Assembly (NCBI GenBank): GCA_038213805.1
Contig: JBBQSO010000118.1
Span: 1-13,882 of the forward strand
Source of the DNA: Planctomycetota bacterium
GTDB lineage: Bacteria > Planctomycetota > UBA11346
DNA length: 13,882 nucleotides
Direction: 5' to 3'
This document shows positions 10,582-13,882 of the stretch, one piece after another. Each line of letters begins with the position of its first letter. The stretch's first letter is position 1. The position numbers were made by a program, and so were the translations under genes. Under the pieces are notes generated by a model. The model was not told where the DNA came from and did not search any database. It was given only the letters and a program-made list of their open reading frames with translations.

Positions 10582-10683
10582 GGAGGCGAGGATAGTGAGG
10601 CGGAGGCAAGAGGAAGCCGAGAGGGGGCTTCCCCCTTCCTTCCCCGCCTTCAATCCCACGATCCAGGCCCAGGAACCCCGCCC

Positions 10684-11763
10684 ATGCCCCCGACCGCCGC
10701 CCTCGCCTCCGCCGCCTCGATCACCGCCCTCGCGGACGGGATCATCGCCGGGGACACGCTGTCGGCGGCCCAGGCGCGCGAGCTGCTCGAGGTCGAGCCC
10801 GGCAGCGCAGCGGCCGCAGCGCTGTTCGCCGGCGCCCAGCGCATCCGCGACCACTTCCTGGGCACGCGCGTGAAGTGCTGCTCGATCCTCAACGTCAAGG
10901 CCGGCAACTGCTCGGAAAACTGCTCGTACTGCGCGCAGGCCTCGGGCACCGCCAGCACCGACTACCAGAAGCACAAATGGCTCCCCGACGAGGACATCGC
11001 GGTGGCGAGCACCAGCGCCGCCGCCAATGGCGCCACCGCGCTCGGCTTGGTCGCGGCCTGGTGGGGGGTCAAGGAGGGCAGCCAGCTGGACATGGTCTGC
11101 GAGGCGATCGGCAAGTTCTCACAGAACGGCAAGGTGCGTGCCGACGTCAACCTCGGCATCCTCGAGTCGCAGCGTGTCGCCGACCGCATCAAGGAGGCGG
11201 GCGCAGCGGTCTACGGTCACAACCTCGAGACCGCGGCGAGCTTCTTCGGCGAGATCTGCACGACCCATTCCTATGAGGAGCGCCTCAAGACCATCCAGTA
11301 CATCAAGCAGGCGGGCATGGGCCTGTGTTCAGGCGGCATCGTCGGCATGGGCGAGAGCCGCGAACAGCGTATCGAATTCGCCGAGCAGATCCGCTTCATC
11401 GAACCCGACATGGTGCCGATCAACTTCCTGAATCCGATCGCAGGCACCAAGCTCGGCGACCGTCCGACCATGGCCGCGGACGAGGCGCTGACCACCCTGG
11501 CGGTGTTCCGCTACATGCTGCCCGACCGCAACATCATGGCCGCGGGCGGTAAAGAGGTCACGCTCGGCGAGCGCCTGCACGAGGTCTTCGCCGCCGGCGT
11601 CAATGCGGTGATGGTCGGCAACTACCTGACCACCATGGGCACCGCCCCCGATTACTGGCAGCAAGCCGCCAGCCGCCACGGCCTGGTCCTGAATCAGCAG
11701 GTCGAAGAGATCGAAGGCGGCGCGGGTAGCGATTGCGGTACGGGTGGGTGCGGCTGCGAGTGA
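10684..11763 (+). CDS. bioB: Biotin synthase-like radical SAM protein with atypical auxiliary-cluster ligands
   Basis: CSENCSYCAQ (CxxxCxxC), YGHNLET, TTHSYEERL, LCSGGIVGMGE, VPINFLNPIAGT, MVGNYLTT; 359 aa from ATG 10684 (AGGA upstream). Family is secure; exact function is less so (see findings). Confidence 0.88.
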   Translation: MPPTAALASAASITALADGIIAGDTLSAAQARELLEVEPGSAAAAALFAGAQRIRDHFLGTRVKCCSILNVKAGNCSENCSYCAQASGTASTDYQKHKWLPDEDIAVASTSAAANGATALGLVAAWWGVKEGSQLDMVCEAIGKFSQNGKVRADVNLGILESQRVADRIKEAGAAVYGHNLETAASFFGEICTTHSYEERLKTIQYIKQAGMGLCSGGIVGMGESREQRIEFAEQIRFIEPDMVPINFLNPIAGTKLGDRPTMAADEALTTLAVFRYMLPDRNIMAAGGKEVTLGERLHEVFAAGVNAVMVGNYLTTMGTAPDYWQQAASRHGLVLNQQVEEIEGGAGSDCGTGGCGCE

Positions 11764-11777
11764 GGCCGACGGGAGAC

Positions 11778-11995
11778 GATCGAACTGGAGGCGCGGAGAC
11801 GCGGAGCTTGGAATAGGTTTGCAGGGAGTGGGCCAACGGCTTCCCTGTTCCGGGCGGACTGGTCGGGTGATTGCGAAGCGGGAGCTGTCAGGCGGCGCAG
11901 ACGTGCCATGGATGCGGGGATGACCGCTGGTGGCCATTCACCTCTCCGCAGACGTCCTCATCTTCCCTCCGCGTCTCCGCGCCTCCTGTTCGATC
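11778..11995. repeat. 218-bp element bounded by 29-bp inverted repeats (MITE/REP-like), between convergent genes
   Basis: GATCGAACTGGAGGCGCGGAGACGCGGAG (11778-11806) versus the reverse complement of 11967-11995, GATCGAACAGGAGGCGCGGAGACGCGGAG: 28/29 identical. Confidence 0.9.
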
Positions 11996-12007
11996 CGGTT
12001 GTCGCAT

Positions 12008-12694
12008 TCACTTCACCGCCAGGATTTCCGCCAGCTCCTCGCCGCGTTCGTTGACCGTGTAGTTGCGCAGCCGCGGCGGCGCGAAGGCGATCTCGCGGCG
12101 CAGGCGCGCGGCCTTCTCCGCGTCCTTGGGCAGGTCGTGCTCGTAGTCCTTCTCGTAAGAGCGCACCGCGTCGAGCACCACCAGCGCATATTTCCACGAC
12201 AGACCCGAGAAGCAGTGGATCTCGACCGGCACCTGATCGTGACGGGATGCGGTTGCAGGGACTTCGCGCTCCTTGAGCGCACCACCGATGCGTGCCGCGA
12301 GGCCGTCGAGCGCGGCCGTCAGCTCCGGCGTGTCGCCACGCTCCAGGTCGGAACCGAGCAGCAGGAACGGCTCGGCGCCGCCGATGCGCACGCGCACCGC
12401 CGGCACCCTGCCCAGTTTCAGCAAGGTGTCGATGCGGCGCTGATAGGCGGCGGCGCTGTCGCCGGGCTCGACGCCGTCGGGGTAGACTGCGATGCGCAGG
12501 ACGTGCGGCTCCTCCACAATCGTCTGGTGCTGCAGCGCAGGCCCCTTGGCCGGCAGCAGCATGGCGATCTGCTTGTCCGGCGAGTGGAAGCTGGTGGTAA
12601 GGATGAAGAACAGCAGCAGGAGCATGATGCAGTCGATCATCGGCACGAGATCGAGCCTGCCTTCGCGCTTGCCGGAGTCGTCGGGGTCGTGCAT
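12008..12694 (-). CDS. ExbD/TolR family biopolymer transport protein, extended (228 aa)
   Basis: LDLVPMIDCIMLLLLFFILTTSF is the ExbD transmembrane helix with its conserved Asp; C-terminal PVEIHCFSGLSWKYALVVLDAV resembles the ExbD periplasmic strand-helix. GGAGG lies 9 nt before ATG 12694. Confidence 0.85.
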   Translation of the reverse strand: MHDPDDSGKREGRLDLVPMIDCIMLLLLFFILTTSFHSPDKQIAMLLPAKGPALQHQTIVEEPHVLRIAVYPDGVEPGDSAAAYQRRIDTLLKLGRVPAVRVRIGGAEPFLLLGSDLERGDTPELTAALDGLAARIGGALKEREVPATASRHDQVPVEIHCFSGLSWKYALVVLDAVRSYEKDYEHDLPKDAEKAARLRREIAFAPPRLRNYTVNERGEELAEILAVK

Positions 12695-12796
12695 GGCGGG
12701 TGTCCTCCGCACTGACGAACGCAGGTAGCGGGGCGCAGTTCATCGCATCGACCGGCACTCGGAGGTGAACCCTGGCCGGTCGGCACCGTTGCCGGA

Positions 12797-13555
12797 TCAG
12801 AGGGCAGCGTCCAAGTGTGCGACCGCCAGCGCATCCGTTGTGGCATGCCCGAACATGGTGTTGTCGAAGATGCACCAGGTTTCAGCATGGGTGCGCGCAG
12901 CGCGCAGACGTGCGGCGATTTCGCGCTGGCGGTGCGGGCCGTAGGGGGACCGGTACATCTCGGGAGAGCCGTGCAGGCGATGGTAGACCAGTCCGGGCCA
13001 GCCGCCGGACTCGGCCGCCGCCGGTAGCCGCGCCGGATCGGCAGCCACTCGTGCGATGTGCAGGTCGTTCAGCAGCGTCCCGGCCGCGGGCATGTACCAG
13101 CCTGCATGGCGTGGTTCGCAGGCGACCCCTCCGGCGTACGCCGCGCGGAGGGCGGTGAAGAACCTGGACGCCACTTTCACCTCAAAGGCGAAGCTGCCGG
13201 GCAGCTGCACCAACAGGGGACCAAGACGATCACCGAGACCACCGGCCTCGTCGAGAAAACGCGCCATGGCAATCTCGCAGCCGACCAATCGCGCTTCATG
13301 GGTAATGGTGCGGGGCACCTTCACGGCGAAGCGGAAATCCGCCGGCACCGCTTCTGCCCAGCGAGTATACGTGGTCCGGCGGTGCGGGCGGTAGAAGGAG
13401 GAATTGATCTCCACCGCGTTGAATCGCGCGCCGTAGCGCTCCAGGTGGCTGCCTTCCGCCGCGAAGTCCGGGGCGTGCGCGGCCGGGATGGACCATCCGG
13501 CGACTCCGATCCGCGACCTTCCGGTGACGGCTGGCTTGAGCTTCCGCGCCGCCAC
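12797..13555 (-). CDS. DUF72 (YecE/YunF) family protein
   Basis: RIGVAGWS, LERYGARFNAVEINSSFYRP, FRFAVKVPRTITH, LGPLLVQLPGSF, ACEPRH, YHRLHGSP, WCIFDNT. GTG at 13555 (4 nt after the aroC stop, GGAG upstream) chosen as start; start uncertain. Confidence 0.92.
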   Translation of the reverse strand: MAARKLKPAVTGRSRIGVAGWSIPAAHAPDFAAEGSHLERYGARFNAVEINSSFYRPHRRTTYTRWAEAVPADFRFAVKVPRTITHEARLVGCEIAMARFLDEAGGLGDRLGPLLVQLPGSFAFEVKVASRFFTALRAAYAGGVACEPRHAGWYMPAAGTLLNDLHIARVAADPARLPAAAESGGWPGLVYHRLHGSPEMYRSPYGPHRQREIAARLRAARTHAETWCIFDNTMFGHATTDALAVAHLDAAL

Positions 13556-13559
13556 CGCT

Positions 13560-13882
13560 TCAGCTCCGCAGCGGTCCGCCGAGGCCCGGCCACGGATCGC
13601 CGACCTGGCCACGCTGGCGCAGCCAACAGTCGGCGAGGACCAGCGCGGTCATGGCCTCGACGATCGGCACCGCGCGCGGCAGCACACAGGGATCGTGGCG
13701 ACCCTTGGCCTGGAGTTCGACATTGTGGCCCTGGTCGTCGGCACTGACCTGGGGCTTGAGCACCGTGGCGGTGGGCTTGAACACCAGGCGCAGATCGAGC
13801 GGCATGCCGTTGCTGATGCCGCCCTGGATGCCGCCAGAGCGGTTGCTGAGCGTGTGCATGGCCTGCGGGCTGGACGCGTCCC
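13560..13882 (-). CDS. aroC: Chorismate synthase, C-terminal part (partial)
   Basis: [21 protein letters not shown] and [26 protein letters not shown] are chorismate synthase signatures. Confidence 0.97.
   Translation of the reverse strand, partial: DASSPQAMHTLSNRSGGIQGGISNGMPLDLRLVFKPTATVLKPQVSADDQGHNVELQAKGRHDPCVLPRAVPIVEAMTALVLADCWLRQRGQVGDPWPGLGGPLRS

Noticed and set aside
10612..10645. GAGGGGG-CTT-CCCCCTTC hairpin between gamma-CA and bioB as a biotin operator
   Set aside because: Low-complexity purine/pyrimidine tract with no resemblance to BirA, BioR or BioQ sites.
10390..10974. Upstream extensions of the bioB and gamma-CA ORFs that overlap each other
   Set aside because: Family-like sequence starts at 10684 and 10581 respectively; the extensions are open by chance.
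12714..12796. Hairpins upstream of the exbD-like gene as a riboswitch
   Set aside because: CGACCGGC/GCCGGTCG and other stems can form, but I recognise no cobalamin, fluoride, TPP or c-di-GMP consensus, and such stems are common at this GC content.
12797..13882. Functional link between aroC and the DUF72 gene (4-nt gap)
   Set aside because: DUF72 genes occur in many contexts; nothing here beyond adjacency supports a link.

Overview
High-GC bacterial chromosomal window; the protein families and repeat styles suggest Planctomycetota or a similar lineage (inference). In order: the 5' ~800 codons of glycine dehydrogenase gcvP (-) behind a clear tandem glycine riboswitch with a leader K-turn; divergent tsaE; a membrane GT2 glycosyltransferase; a FapA/DUF342 protein with a duplicated N-terminal module; a small lipoprotein (-); a secreted alpha/beta-hydrolase-like protein that seems to have lost its catalytic Ser, start/stop-overlapped with a gamma-carbonic-anhydrase-family gene (-); a biotin-synthase-like radical SAM gene (+); a long stand-alone ExbD-like gene, a DUF72 gene and the 3' end of aroC (all -). 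The most notable signals are (1) the BioB-like protein, in which three of the four canonical [2Fe-2S] ligand positions are replaced while extra cysteines appear (an N-terminal CC and a C-terminal CxxxxCxC tail), (2) three intergenic repeats with 8-nt periodicity, two of them long inverted-repeat elements between convergent genes, and (3) the apparent pseudo-hydrolase. All assignments come from motif recognition and alignment by eye; no searches were run.
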